Assembly: GCA_964304625.1 (NCBI GenBank)
Contig: OZ199838.1
Span: 212,148-276,147 of the forward strand
DNA length: 64,000 bases
Source of the DNA: Kudoa neothunni
Taxonomy: Eukaryota > Animalia > Cnidaria
Direction: 5' to 3'
Shown here: positions 49,726 through 62,817 of the stretch, one piece after another
How the letters are laid out: each line of letters opens with the position of its first letter
Numbering within the stretch: position 1 is the stretch's first letter
Made by a program: the position numbers and the translations under genes
Notes under the pieces: model-generated
Told to the model about the DNA's origin: nothing
Databases searched by the model: none
Seen by the model: only the letters and a program-made list of their open reading frames with translations

Positions 49726-52700
49726 CAGGCACGTGTCGTGGGTAATTGCTCTGGGTAGTCGGCCGGTGCATCGGTACAAGAAAATTTAAACCAAAATTTC
49801 ATCTATTTATATTTGCATATAGGAAACTAAAAAATATCTAAACTATATATAAATAATTTTTCAAGAAAATTAGTTTGGATTTAATGTTTAAGAATTATTG
49901 TTCAATAAATTTTTTTAATAACTTATTTACCGGGAATTGTAATTCTTAGGTTGCATTTGTAGAAAAAAGAAAAAAACATTAAAATTATAGATAGAATTTT
50001 TCAGGATTTTAAAATGTTTAATTGAATTAATGCTTATGCATGAGAACACAATTGGTTTAAATTTTAACGATTTATTTGGAATGTGGACGTCTCTTTATCG
50101 AATTAAATAGGATACAATAATGATTTATGTATCATGAAATTAATAATACTTCATTTTTAATAATTATTATAGAGGTCATATCTAGTTAACGCCATAAAAC
50201 ATTCCTAATTACAATTTTCGATCCTGTCCTATGCTACATAGACATCTAAATTAGTTAATAAAGAGATTATTTTTGCAATATTTTATAATACAAACCAATA
50301 ATGTTTTGATAGGCCAAAATAAATCGGATAAATCATTGCTGTAAGTTAAGATTACAAAAATATTTGAAAGTTGGTGTTTTGTATTTTTCTACTTATAAAG
50401 GAAACCTATTCTTCTTTCTTTTGTTGTAGCAAAGGTATCAATCACCTTTTTATAGAAATTGAAGGTCGGGCCTTGTTCCATTTGGTTAAGTCTTTCCTTT
50501 TCAATCGATATTAATGCAAGGGAGGAAAGTCGTTGGTTTGCCATCCTGTTCCAGGTGTAGCTTTTAATTCGTTTCAATGCAGAAAACGATCTTTCCACAG
50601 AAACGGTTGTTTCAGGAATCGTTAAAATTAATTGTAACAAATTGACAACTTCGGGAAATATTTGGTCCAGTTGATTTTGGGAGATAAAATCGAACAATTT
50701 TGTAGGGGACTATTCATTGAATATGTGAGCATTATAAATTCTGGCCAAATCACCTTTCAGTCTTAAAATGTCAAAGCTTTTTTTATAATTCGTTTGCAGA
50801 CTTTCAAGGGCACTCGTGTCAATTTGGCACGATGAATTGTCAAAATTATTTCTATTAATCAATGAAATAAACTTGAGATTTTCGAAATCATTAGATCTCG
50901 TTCTCAGATTCTTTATTAATCACCGACTATTGTACCCAATAATATCGCTCTTTCATTTTTTGTGTCACATTGAGGGGAAGGATAGGTCTAATGGAGATAT
51001 TTTCTTGACAATATTTTTCGAAATTATAATACAATGACTCAAATTTTATGAGCATATCCTCAGGCTTTGTTATTGTTACATTGATGCTTTCGATACAATA
51101 CGCAATGTCTATCATTTTCGTCTGCAATATATGGAAGAGCGCACCAGTTAAAACGAAAATTTCATTATATATCATCAGTACAAAATATGTTGAGTCGTTT
51201 TTCAGCCAATTGTAAAGTCCAATACTTCGAAGTAAAGTGTCTGAATCCCAAAATGAGGGATTGTTGTTTATATTGTAGAAAAGTTTGCGAAGATCACTGT
51301 GATACTCTAATATCATCTGCGCTAATTTTGAATTTAAATTCCATCTCGTTGCCGCCGCTGTTGGAATGTGTCTCAACATAATCTCATCGAGAAATTGAAC
51401 CCGTTTAGCTGAATTTTTGAAAAAATATGAAATTACTTCATTATTCTTGAAAAAGCGCGTACAATCAGGAATAAATTTGGCCGATTGTGACAACACAAGA
51501 TTTAACTTATGGGCATAACAGTGAGTGAACAGTGAGGTCGATATCTTTTGTGTAACTTTAGACTGAACTCCATATAATTGGGAGGTCATAAATATCGGTC
51601 CATTATACGTTCGTGCGACTAATTTCGCTTCAATGTTGTATTTATATATGTTTTTAATACACATTCCGTTGCATCATCCGCTGTTCTTTCACGATGAATG
51701 TCAAATCCAATGAAAACATCCTTTAGTTTCGATCCCAATACGTATCTCAATATTGTTGAACGTTGAGATGTGCATGAGATATCGGTCGTCTCATCCACTT
51801 CTATCGCAACCAACGGAGACTGCTAATTCCTCTTTAATATTATTCCCCAAAACCACCTTTATAGCCTCAATCTGATCATTTTGAATCTTGTTGGAAATAT
51901 TAGAAAAAATTGATAAATTCTGTAAATATGATAATTTTTCGTCAAATTTTGCCGGATAATTTAACAGCTCCAAATAATTACCGCGATTTAATGACAGCTT
52001 GTGTTCATGCTCACCGCAAAAAGCAAACTGCACGGATCAATGTTTTCAATATCTCTCTGTTATCCTTAACATTTCCATCGTGATGTTCAATCGTAATATT
52101 CTCCTGTTTATCAAGGAGCAAATCTACTCGTACAGATCCAAATGTTGTCCATAAAAGTTGACATTGATAACGTGCTGCCGATCGTCCATGCTTATTTAAA
52201 GCGATTGGCAAATTATTCAAGTTGAAATATCCTTCTTTGACCCACACACATACACTGCTCACTGAAAAATGCAAACATGGGAAGCAAAAAAGCCTTATTG
52301 TTGCAGCACACCCACATAACCACTCTTTTTTCTCATAACTCGATGTATTAAACGTCCTGATAATTGTCTTCTTTTTCAGTTGTTTACGTTCTTTAAGATC
52401 AGGAGTCGGTCTACTATTTCTAATAATTTGTAATTTATCTACATCTACATCTACATAAGGTAGTTTTGAAAATTCTTTAAGATATCCGCAATGCATATTT
52501 GAAGAGACGAAGTAAGATTAACAGAGGCGCGCTCTTATGACAAGTAGGACAATAATTAATATTAACTTTGGGTGATATTCCCAGTATAGTCGTCATATAG
52601 ATTATCTTATTTCAACAATTTCATTGAATTAAAAAAAAGATAAAAATTGAAGAAACAGAACAATTTATTTGAATAAAAATGCACGTACTTGTCATGAAAT

Positions 52701-52904
52701 TTTATGTGGAATTTACAAACCGATTAGAAGGCAGAGTCGACTCGTGCCTATCTTGCTACTAATACCTCGAAATTTTTGTAGTTTTATAAGAATATTTGTA
52801 TTTGAATGATTACTGTGGTTTTGAGATAAATGGGATTTTATCTTTACAAAATTAATTTTTTTTTCCAACAGGTAGGCACAGCCTACCCTGACGACACGTG
52901 CTTG
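49726..52904 (-). mobile_element. hAT transposon with frameshifted ZMYM1-like transposase (TTF zinc finger, DUF4371-like, dimerisation domain)
   Basis: TIRs caggcacgtgtcgt / acgacacgtgcttg; TSD gctcacac / ccacacac; motifs WLCGC..LFCFPCL, VDETTDIS, HCYAHKLNL, TRWN, SVERSFSALKRIKS. Confidence 0.92.
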
Positions 52905-52916
52905 CCACACACAAAC

Positions 52917-55900
52917 CAGGGCGTTTACTGCTTGGCTTTTTTGTGGTCACCTTGGGTTCTTGTTTTTTTTTCATTTTGGTTTTTTTCGTAATTATTGAAT
53001 TTAAATAAATTAACGTAATTTTTTATGATGTGAAGTATGTCTTTAATACTTCTGTATCACGCTACAGTGGTAATGGTAAAGTATGAGACACCTAAAAAAC
53101 ACCTCCTTGCGCATGTTTTTTCATATTTCTTTTTTTACAATTGTTCATAATATAATAAACGAATTTTTTTCATCCCAAAGCGGTCGGATGGTCAGATACA
53201 CGTGTAATCTGCATCTTTTTCAACTAACATTGAATTATTTTGTTTCTTCCTTAGTTATTAACTTAAAAGTTAATTATTATTACTATTTAAATTTTTTACT
53301 ATTGACTTGTAACAATTTTATGAAAACTAACTTTAAAAATAAACTTAGTGAAAGTTTCAAATGTAAATATTAATGTAGCAAGATTTGTTTTAGTTTAGAA
53401 TTTTTTTTAATTAATTTTGTTTTTAAAACTTAAGAAATTATTCAGTTTTTATTATTAAAATTCGAAAACCTACTTTTTAAAAATGATAATATTAATTTTT
53501 TACTTTAACACAAGTGTAAAACATCGGAAAAAAATTTTAAACGAATTTTTTATTGTTTAATAAGTTTTTTATACGTAAAAATTTCCTAACACAAATTCGG
53601 CCAAATATTCTAGTTGAGAATATTTTAAGATGTTAATACAATATGTTAACTAAGGTTATTTTTATTAGTACACATAATTCACTAAAACAAATAATTTCAT
53701 AGATAAAACAATTGGGGAGTTTTTAGATTTTATTATAACAACATTTTTACGTTTATCAAACGCTATATTAACCACACGTAAAAATTCCTCTAATAAAGTA
53801 ATAATAACTCTATATAATCAATCTTGAATTAATTATCTATTGAAATTAAATGTTTATCAAAAATATAATGTTGATTTATTATTAGAAGACATCAGTTCGA
53901 AGAAAATAAATTAAGAAAATGCATTTCGATAGCATGCGGTTGTCTTTTCGTTTTTAAACTATTCACACTTAAACCTATATAATTGAATTTGATATTGTAA
54001 TATTTGTGTTTATATGATAACGAATATGAAATATAACCAATTTATGAATGATTATCGGAACAAATTAGAGATTAATTCAATGTTTGTTGAAAAAAGATGC
54101 AGATTACACGTGTATCCGACCGCTTTCGGATGAAAAATTCTTTTATTTTATTATGAACAATTGTGAAAAAAGAAATGTGAAAAAACGTGTCTCAGACGGC
54201 GTTTTTCATGTGCCGCATACTTTACCATTACCCGCTAGTCATTTCTGAACGTTATTTCGAATAGTAGCTTCAAATATTAAATAATTAATTGTAAATATAT
54301 TTGTCTATATTATATATTAACCATGAGTGATAATAAAAATCAATGCAAAAAAAGAACATTATATGCCATGAGCTGTAATAATGATTGGCTAAAAGAGGAA
54401 GAGTTTAAAGATTGGCTTGCTCAAAATATCAAAGACAGTAACTCCAGCTACTGTAAATGCTGTAAAATGGTGTTAAAAAATGCGAAAATATCAATGCTTT
54501 TCAAACATTTAAAAAATTATGAGATAGTTAAACGGACTGTTGTTATAACCCATTTCGTAAAATCTAATAAGATGTCAACAATATCTCATCCAATTTTATT
54601 GATCATTTCCTTCCCATTTGCCAAATTGCATCCACCCACAGTAAAATTGTGGAAACGTTGTCATTGAAAAAAAAATTTCATACATTGTTCAGGATGGTTT
54701 AGCTTTTGAAGAAGTTACTTTTGTTTCAAATATCTGTAGATCTCAGAAGTTTTCAATAATAATTGATGAGAGTACTAACATGTCAATTCCACAAGTTTTG
54801 GCAGTTGTAGTTCGATTCTTCGACTATAATAAAGAGAATGTTGTTGACGCTCTGTTAGACACTATAATTGTAGAGGATGGCAAAGCATTCAGTCTTTACA
54901 ACTCTATCAAGAAGTTGTTCGCAGACAAGAATATTCCCATTGAAAACGTCATAAGATATGGAAGCGATAACTGTTCTTCAGTTAGGGGATCTAAAAACGG
55001 ATTTCGGAAATTATTAGAAGATGATATATCATCAGTTTTCATTATGGGATATGCCTGCCATTGAATCGCTTTGTGTGCGAGTAATGCAATGAAGTATCTT
55101 CCATCATATTTAGAAGCATTTCTGAAGAACATAGGTTCTTATTTCTCACGGAGCAGTAAGAGACAAAGAGACTTCTCTTTAATTTAGAAGACTGTCAATA
55201 CCTCATGTCACAAAATGCCAAAATTATCACAGACAAGGTGACTGTCGCGAGAGAATCTCATTTCTTCAGTGCTAGACCAGTATAGCGCTCTATTGTTATA
55301 TTTTCAAGGCGAAGAAATAATCAACAAAATCGATGGTGCTAGTGAAATATACAAAATTTTCAGGAATAGTATTGCGAATCCAATCTTACTCTTTTTTCAA
55401 TATTTTCTGAAAAAGATCAATAAATTAAATTGTGAATTTCAGGTTGCATGTTTTGTATACCATGATATATATCGTCGGAATATAAGAATCTTTTGAGTTT
55501 TTCTATCAATGATGTGGTTCTATATTCAATGAAATTATCCGAAATTGACCTTTAAATATTCATTATTACAAACCACTTACAGAAATACACCTTGGTAGAA
55601 ATGTGACAGCATACCTAATCAATAATCCTTTAGATTCTGTAATGGAGATAGGATTTAAACATGATTGTTTGAGATTTATTGGTGAACTATGTGACCAAGT
55701 GAGAAACCGATTTGTCAAGGGCGAAAATACTCCAATTGCAAAGTTTAATATAATTGATCCTATTATATGTCGAGATATAAACTTATCACCTTTATCTATT
55801 ATACCACCAGCTGCTCATTTTCCTCAACTTGTACCTGAAAAAAATTTAAACGAGCTTGATGATCAATGAAGAAGTTATCGTCTGGTTGTTGACAAACTGC

Positions 55901-56303
55901 CAATTTCTTTTGACATTATCCCCCGATATTGGTCTAAGTTAAAAGAAATAAATGATGACTTTAACATCTCAAAATTCGGCATTTTAGCTGATTTTATGAT
56001 GAACTTAACTATTATGCCACATTCCTCTGCTAACGTCGAAAGAATTTTTTCTTTGATGAACGCAATTAAAACCAAGCAATAACTCGATAAATGATATCAC
56101 CTGTGGCGCTGTTTATCGACGTTATCACGAATGACAGAGAAAACACAATAAAAAAGTTCAAAATTTAATTGTGGATGATGATAGCACAGCTGTAGATACA
56201 AATGACAATTAAACTCTACATTTGAGTAAATTTTATTTATATTATGTTAAACTTGCGTTTTTCTTTATCTTGGGGGTTTTTCAAAACCTCACTGGATACC
56301 CTG
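52917..56303 (+). mobile_element. hAT transposon with decayed transposase
   Basis: Perfect 8-bp TSD acacaaac; ends caggg...ccctg; motifs YCKCC, IIDEST, YGSDNCSSV, ACH and PHSSANVERIFS in 54323-56081. Confidence 0.9.
53069..54232. mobile_element. Long-TIR (about 170 bp) Mutator/foldback-like non-autonomous element nested in the hAT
   Basis: ggtaatggtaaagtatg...tacacgtgtaatctgcatc...cattgaatt mirrored at about 54074-54232; flanks cgctacagt / cgctagt resemble a decayed 9-bp TSD. Confidence 0.8.
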
Positions 56304-58463
56304 ACACAAACACACATATTGACAATCCTTCATTATATATATATATATAATAAATAAATATATATATATATATAAAGGATATAAAACAATAATGACAACT
56401 TATTTCTTTTTATTCATGAATAAATTTTTAAATTGAAATTAGTCCACATTTAAAAAAAAGTAATGTATATTTTTTATGTATATGGTAAATAAATTACAAA
56501 TTATTACAAAATGGGTTGACTTTATAAAAATAGTATTATATATCTTTTAGAGATATCATAGAGTAAAGAAAAATTAAAATATAATGGCGTCAAAATTAAT
56601 ATTTTGAGATATTTATGTTCAATTATTTCTAATTTTTATACTTCAGGTTACAATCAATTTGTATTAAAAAATTATATAAATTAAAACAGTCAATTAAAGA
56701 TTGGGTCATGTGTTTAATTTCCTATTCAATATCAGAATTGATGATCAAAACAAAAAAGTCACAAACATAAAAATCCGCGCACCTATTCACGCCTGATATT
56801 TTGTTCCAAAATATTAAGTATCTAACTCATTTATAGATTATGATTTATGCATTTCTTATCTATTAAAGGGCCGCGGTTCGGCATAACCACTTCTCCAAAA
56901 ACAAGAAAATTGTCAAAACATTTAATTAATTGTCAGTTGTATTATTTTTATTTAAAATTATTTTCTCATAAAAATAGATTTTTTTCGTTTTAATGTAATT
57001 TCAATAGAATAATTTTCTCATCCTAAAAATAAATCCGGTTTATAATTATTTGGGTGCAGAAACCAAAATGAATCGAAAAATGCTGATTAGCCTAAGATAT
57101 TTTAAAAAATATAAACTAAAATTTATGAAATTTGGAAGTTATTTTAACTCTAACTAGTATATTTTGAGTAATATTTGACAATTCATAATTTTTCTTCTAT
57201 TATTTTTCCCAATTTAACCTTTGGGGCATTATTAAAATAATAAAATCTCGTTTGGTATAATAGATTAATATCGAAAATCCAGGTAAATTAGTGTTAGAGC
57301 AAAATTTTTAATACCATTTTATTTTTATATCTTAAAATAATTATATTTCAAAAATATCATAAAAATAAAATTTAAAACTTTTAATGACCTTATAAACTAA
57401 ATAAAACTTACTGATAATGATTGATTGAGGAACATCAGCCGCATATGATATCTAGTATCTATACTTGTTTTAATTCTAATTACTCGTTGTCTAGTCGAAC
57501 TAAAAATAGATTTCGACTTATAAAGTATGATTTAAACATTTTTGACAAATTACTTAGCTATGATGTAATCTATGTGACATCACATTTAATCTCCACATTC
57601 AGGAATGTTACCTCTCATTCTTCTCAAGTATTAAGCCCCTTGTTGGGGTGCACATAATGCTCTACAAAAATTTCGAATCCAATTTCGTATTACCTCAATT
57701 ATATTTATATTTTGCTTCGGATAAATAAGAGAGGCTGATTTGAACTACTTTTTCCATCATGATACCACGTATGCTCGAAAATATGACCGAGTCTTATATT
57801 GATTTTACACAAGAAATAGCTAGTGGGTCATATTTTTGAGGTAGGTCTTATATATCTAACATAAAATAAAACAAATTATATTCCTTCGTGACTGTTTTTA
57901 ATATTAACGTAGATTCAATTTTTTGTATCACAAAATTGTTATTTACTTTATAGAAACCATTGTCGATATCTATGAAATTATTTGTAAGCTTAATATAAAC
58001 CTATAGTAGAAGTGAAAAATAATAAAATTATACTAAGTACATAAACAACAATACAAAACATTAAAAATTTCGATATTATAGAAGAAATAAGTTTTTGTGG
58101 AGAAATAATGTTTAGTTTTTACACAATAGTAATACTATCAAATTTCACTCATAAAGAAATCGTAATTATTCATTATTGCTATAACTACTTCTTATTTATT
58201 AGGTTCTATTATAATAGTCACCACCAAGATGGTCCGAATAATGCCAGATGTTATTTAAATTTCCACTAAAAATATCGTCATGTCTTATTTTCGAGAAAAA
58301 CGCGATAATTATATTTTTGGGCTTACTGAATCATCTTAAAATGTTATTTTTATTCACATAGCAACTGCTTTTATTCTATGTTAATATTGTAAGAGATAAA
58401 GAACAGAAATGATACAAATTTAAATTCCTCAAACAATAAGGACATGCAATCTAATAAAGAAGT

Positions 58464-59517
58464 CTATCGCTTGAAAAGGAAGAACAAACGGAGTCCACTT
58501 CCTAGCAGATTCATAAAGAACGAGATCCATAATATTATAAAGGAAAAACCATGTCTCATTTTCTTTTCGTTATCCATTTCCCACAACATTGCTTCAATTT
58601 GATCCATCTTTATTGAAATCGATATTACGTATATCGTATATATAACATCTAAAAATAAAGTTATATATATATATATATATCTGAGAAATATTACTGAGTA
58701 TCACGAGACTGATTGTCATGTACCTCTTCTTAATACCTTTGTAATTCAGATAAATCCCCGAAGCCATACAGGAAACCGCTGCAACTACAACAAATACTCC
58801 TAAAATATTTAGAAAGTTATATTCCACAAACTCTGAAGCTACTAAATAGGTGTTTAATATAAATGAATAAATAAATATAGTGGGTTACACAATTTTCCTG
58901 AAGGTTTAACCCAATAGAGGAGAGTACATGTTGTTTCTAGATTTTTATAAAAATTATTTTAAATCATACACAAATAATCATGGATAGTAACAAAATAAAT
59001 ATAACCATTAATATCTAAATATTTAGTTGAAATTTCGGTTAAATTTAAATAATAGTCATAAAAGTAAATTATTTTTAACTTTTGCCAAAAAATATAATAA
59101 TAGGGGCTAGTTGTAGTATTATGCTAAAAACGTAATCATGGAGTTATACCTTTAACGCGGTATTCTAAATATTTCATGGAATCTTTTTATTTGGAAAATG
59201 ATTAAAGAATTAATAATATGTATAGATAAGTAAATACTAATAGACAACGCGCTTACAACTGTTGGTAAGTCGGCACATCCACAACGGTTATTTTCCTTAA
59301 AATGGAAACACATTGCCATAACACCTAATCCAAAATCATCTTCATCTTGACCGTCGGTGCCCACAATTAGAGTTTGTGAAAATCCAGCTAGGATGAAACC
59401 AATCACTGCCAATATCATAAGTATCCATCCAATTATTCCAAGTATATGCTTGGCCTAATTTTACTCTGGTAAATGAAAAAATATAACGTCGAGTATACAT
59501 ACGTATGCGAGTCTCAT
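58464..59517 (-). CDS. Divergent claudin/PMP22/EMP-like four-TM protein, about 6 exons
   Basis: MRLAY|AKHILGIIGWILMILAVIGFILAG (TM1); GLGVMAMC...C loop; TM2 and TM3; HGFSFIILWISF (like the G.SF.L.W motif before TM4); stop at 58464-58466. Middle exon boundaries are ambiguous. Confidence 0.65.
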
Positions 59518-60692
59518 TATTCGCCGAAAAAATCAAATACGTTGCAATATGCGAGTATCGAAGCTGTGAAAAAATTCAACGATACGATAATTCGTTATTA
59601 GCTTGGCTAACTGTAATCGTTGGAATTAAAAGAGAATTAACACAATTTAGCTAATGGGACAAAATATAGATCTATTTTTCGCTCACATATCTCCCATGGA
59701 TATATAAAGCGGGAATTGAAATAATGATTGCGTAGGCTTGTTTTGTGATACAAGAATCAAAAAAAATTGTTTAAAAATAAAAACGAATTATTTATTTTTA
59801 GAAATTAATCTTCAACATTCAATTGTTAGTTATATCATAAGACTAATTATAATATAAATAATTTAACGAGTTTTATCTTTTTTATAATTTATAGCAGCTT
59901 TTATAGATTTTTCTATTCTTTCGTGGTGAATATAATACCCATTGATTAATATTTTTCATTTCATTTAATCAATACGTAAATAACCTGCATATGTAAACCA
60001 GTAGTAGAGATAACACCTGGATTGTTGACAACCAGTTTTTAGTTAATTACTCATGAACTACGCTACGTGAGTGTTTAAAAAATTAGTTCTATGTTTCAAA
60101 TGTCTTACATAGATTCGCTGGCTCTCATACGTGAATTCCATCGATGTGGCATATGAGATAAATTATTTATTTATTTCTCCTAGCTGGCATAAAGAAATTA
60201 ATAAATTATTATTATTGAAAAACCACAAAATTTTCCAAAAGTTTTAATTTTATAACGTAATTATCAATATTTCTTTACTTTCCACGTTGATTCGATTTGC
60301 ATTAATAAAATAACGTAACTAAATTAACGTACAAAATTGTTATTCCAAATCCGATTAACTCTCCCTTGAAATGTTGATTTATTATCGATTAAAAATAATC
60401 TATATGAATTTATTTGAAATCATCCATTGAATTCAAAATTCGAAAATTGTAATTAAAGTAAAAGACAAAATTGTCGTGATTTATTATTGATGTTTAAAAA
60501 TTAAATGAATAAGAAAGTTCAACAAATTCTGAATTATTAGGGAACGGTTAAAATCAAAACGTAAAAATATGTTATGGTAATGCTCCCTAATTTGGTATTG
60601 TCGGAGATACGAGACTCATACACTGTGCAAAGAACAATATTTTAGGTTCGAGCGTTCCTCTTACGTAATACATCAATTCTAATAAGACTTAT

Positions 60693-61126
60693 GGCACATA
60701 TTCTATTGGTGTTGATACAGAACTCAATAACTGGGGGTGCTGGATTCGACCCTCGTCGTTGATCACTCTACTGTTTTTGTACGAGTGTATCTCTATTCCC
60801 TAATGGGAGTTGTTGTTAGAATGCGATTACACTATAAATGTAATTCCATTTGCAATTATAATTCGATCTAGCAGAGAAAGTTGAATCAGACGCTTGAAGC
60901 GTTTGGGATGCGCTGTACTACATGTACGAAATCTTCGCAGAACCAAAGTCCTTATGAGTGGAAACGGTTTGAGGTTGTGATTTCTATAGCAACGATGAAG
61001 TTAGATGCGTTCACTCCCAAGCTAACGTAGAAGGATGTTACGTGTTTTGACATACCCACATCATTAATGAGGTGGTCTATAATCAATAATAACACCTCAA
61101 TCTAAAAATTTGTGCCAAGAGTTTTA
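60693..61126 (+). mobile_element. tRNA-derived SINE, copy 2
   Basis: Degenerate A box (tattctattgg) and B box (ggattcgaccc); about 430 nt colinear with the reverse complement of 10027-11095 minus the MITE. Confidence 0.75.
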
Positions 61127-61160
61127 CATAGTAAACAAAGAAAAATTAAACATCATTGTA

Positions 61161-61439
61161 TTAACCATCACATTTTTTTTCTTGTCTTTTTAGTATTAAC
61201 TTGTGAACGCGTCCAGAAACGTGTTGGTTGTCATTATTTTCCAATATATTACTCTGTATAAGGAATAAGTTATCTTCCAAGTCAGTAAGTGCGTCAAAAT
61301 TATCTGGGGTAAAGGCTAACATATCCGTAACACCTTCAAATGTATCTTCGTCAAGTTCACAGATTGTTTCATTTAATTTAATGTATTCAGTAATATCAGA
61401 CATTATCTGATTTAGCATCCTTATGCTTAGAGGATTCAT
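61161..61439 (-). CDS. Orphan acidic 92-aa ORF
   Basis: Intact ATG ORF with a TATAAAA about 40 nt upstream; no recognised domain. Confidence 0.3.
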   Translation of the reverse strand: MNPLSIRMLNQIMSDITEYIKLNETICELDEDTFEGVTDMLAFTPDNFDALTDLEDNLFLIQSNILENNDNQHVSGRVHKLILKRQEKKCDG

Positions 61440-61584
61440 CGTTCCCTTTTTGGCTAATTATTGTAGTGGGGATCATATTTTATATTAATTTATTATTTTC
61501 TACTATAAGCACCTTGAAAATTTAAAAACCATATGTTTTAAGCGAATAACGAGGTATTTAAAATTTTTAGTGTTTACTCTAAGT

Positions 61585-62212
61585 CAGGGGGTATCAACCA
61601 TTTTTTCAAATTTGCTTTCTCAGTGTGGTGAAAAATCCAAATTTATCCCCTTAACTTGGAAGTCAAATTCTTAAATTTAAGGTTTTATACTGGTTTAGCT
61701 ATGGCTGAGGAAATTTTCACGGTAAATTCTAATTCTAAAAGTATGTATGTGTGCTTAATGACAATTTTTAATCAGGGGAACTTTTAATCATAAGCTGTCT
61801 AAAGATTTTGTTATTTTGCTTCGGTTAATTTTAATTATTTCTGGCATGTGCTTTGATTTTTCAAAGGATGAGACAATTGCTATTAGTCAAAATTAATGAC
61901 GCCTAAGTATTAATTACAATGCAAATACTCACCTTATGTATTACTATTTGGCTACATCTCTAGAAAAGTAAGCGGGGCATAAAAGAAAGAGACTGATAAT
62001 AGCTTTATAAATAATTGTTGAATACTTATTCCTAAAAATATTTTAAGCATTTCTGACAATTCCTTATTGAGTTTGGCAACTCTAAATAATATAAATCCTT
62101 AGGCATCCTTAAGTTGGCCACAAACCACATTGGGCAAAAATTTCCCTATCCAATTTTGACGTCACTTAATTTTCCCCTAAGGGATAAATTTTCTACCGTT
62201 TGAGAATCCCTG
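61585..62212. mobile_element. hAT (Buster-type) MITE
   Basis: TIRs cagggggtatcaac / tttgagaatccctg; perfect 8-bp TSD ctctaagt. Confidence 0.88.
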
Positions 62213-62817
62213 CTCTAAGTTATGATTCTTTTATACGCATATGTAGTGACCGAAGAAAAGAGATGTATATCATAAAGTTTAGAACTCGTAAGTACCTTTA
62301 ACAAATTTTTTAACATAATAATACCACGTGTACACTTTTATGGAAATTTAATAGTTAATAATCGCAATATTAATTTCCATAGACGGCTCATAAGCAGGAA
62401 CCGAAATGGACCCAACAAAACTTAATAGGTTAATTCTATTTATTCGTTGTCAAATCATACCAAAGATATATATGAACATTCATGAAAAATTATTTAGCAA
62501 TAATACATGGATCGGCAACTATTATGAGTGGCGAGCCAAACATACACCCTAACTCTAATACGACCCGTATTAAATATGTCATCTACTAAAATGATAAATT
62601 ATTTTTAATTCAAATTTTGTATTTCAATATATACAAAATAAGAATTTATACAAGTTATTTAAACTACAAAAGTACGTCAAATCCAAATTAATATATTCTA
62701 ATAACTTGTATGTGCAGTGTAATCAACTTGTGAATGAACGGTTTTTTATACGATGTCAAATAAAATTTGATGCACTTATATTCCTTCTTAAAAATATTTC
62801 ACATTATTATGGAAATA

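Larger units (their letters stand above)
48840..56345 (-). mobile_element. Probable non-autonomous Helitron split by two hAT insertions
   Basis: 3' hairpin/CTAR end at 48840. Removing both hATs joins a tatatatataatg...(GT)-rich 5' region that resembles the 5' end of the 15425 Helitron. Confidence 0.5.
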
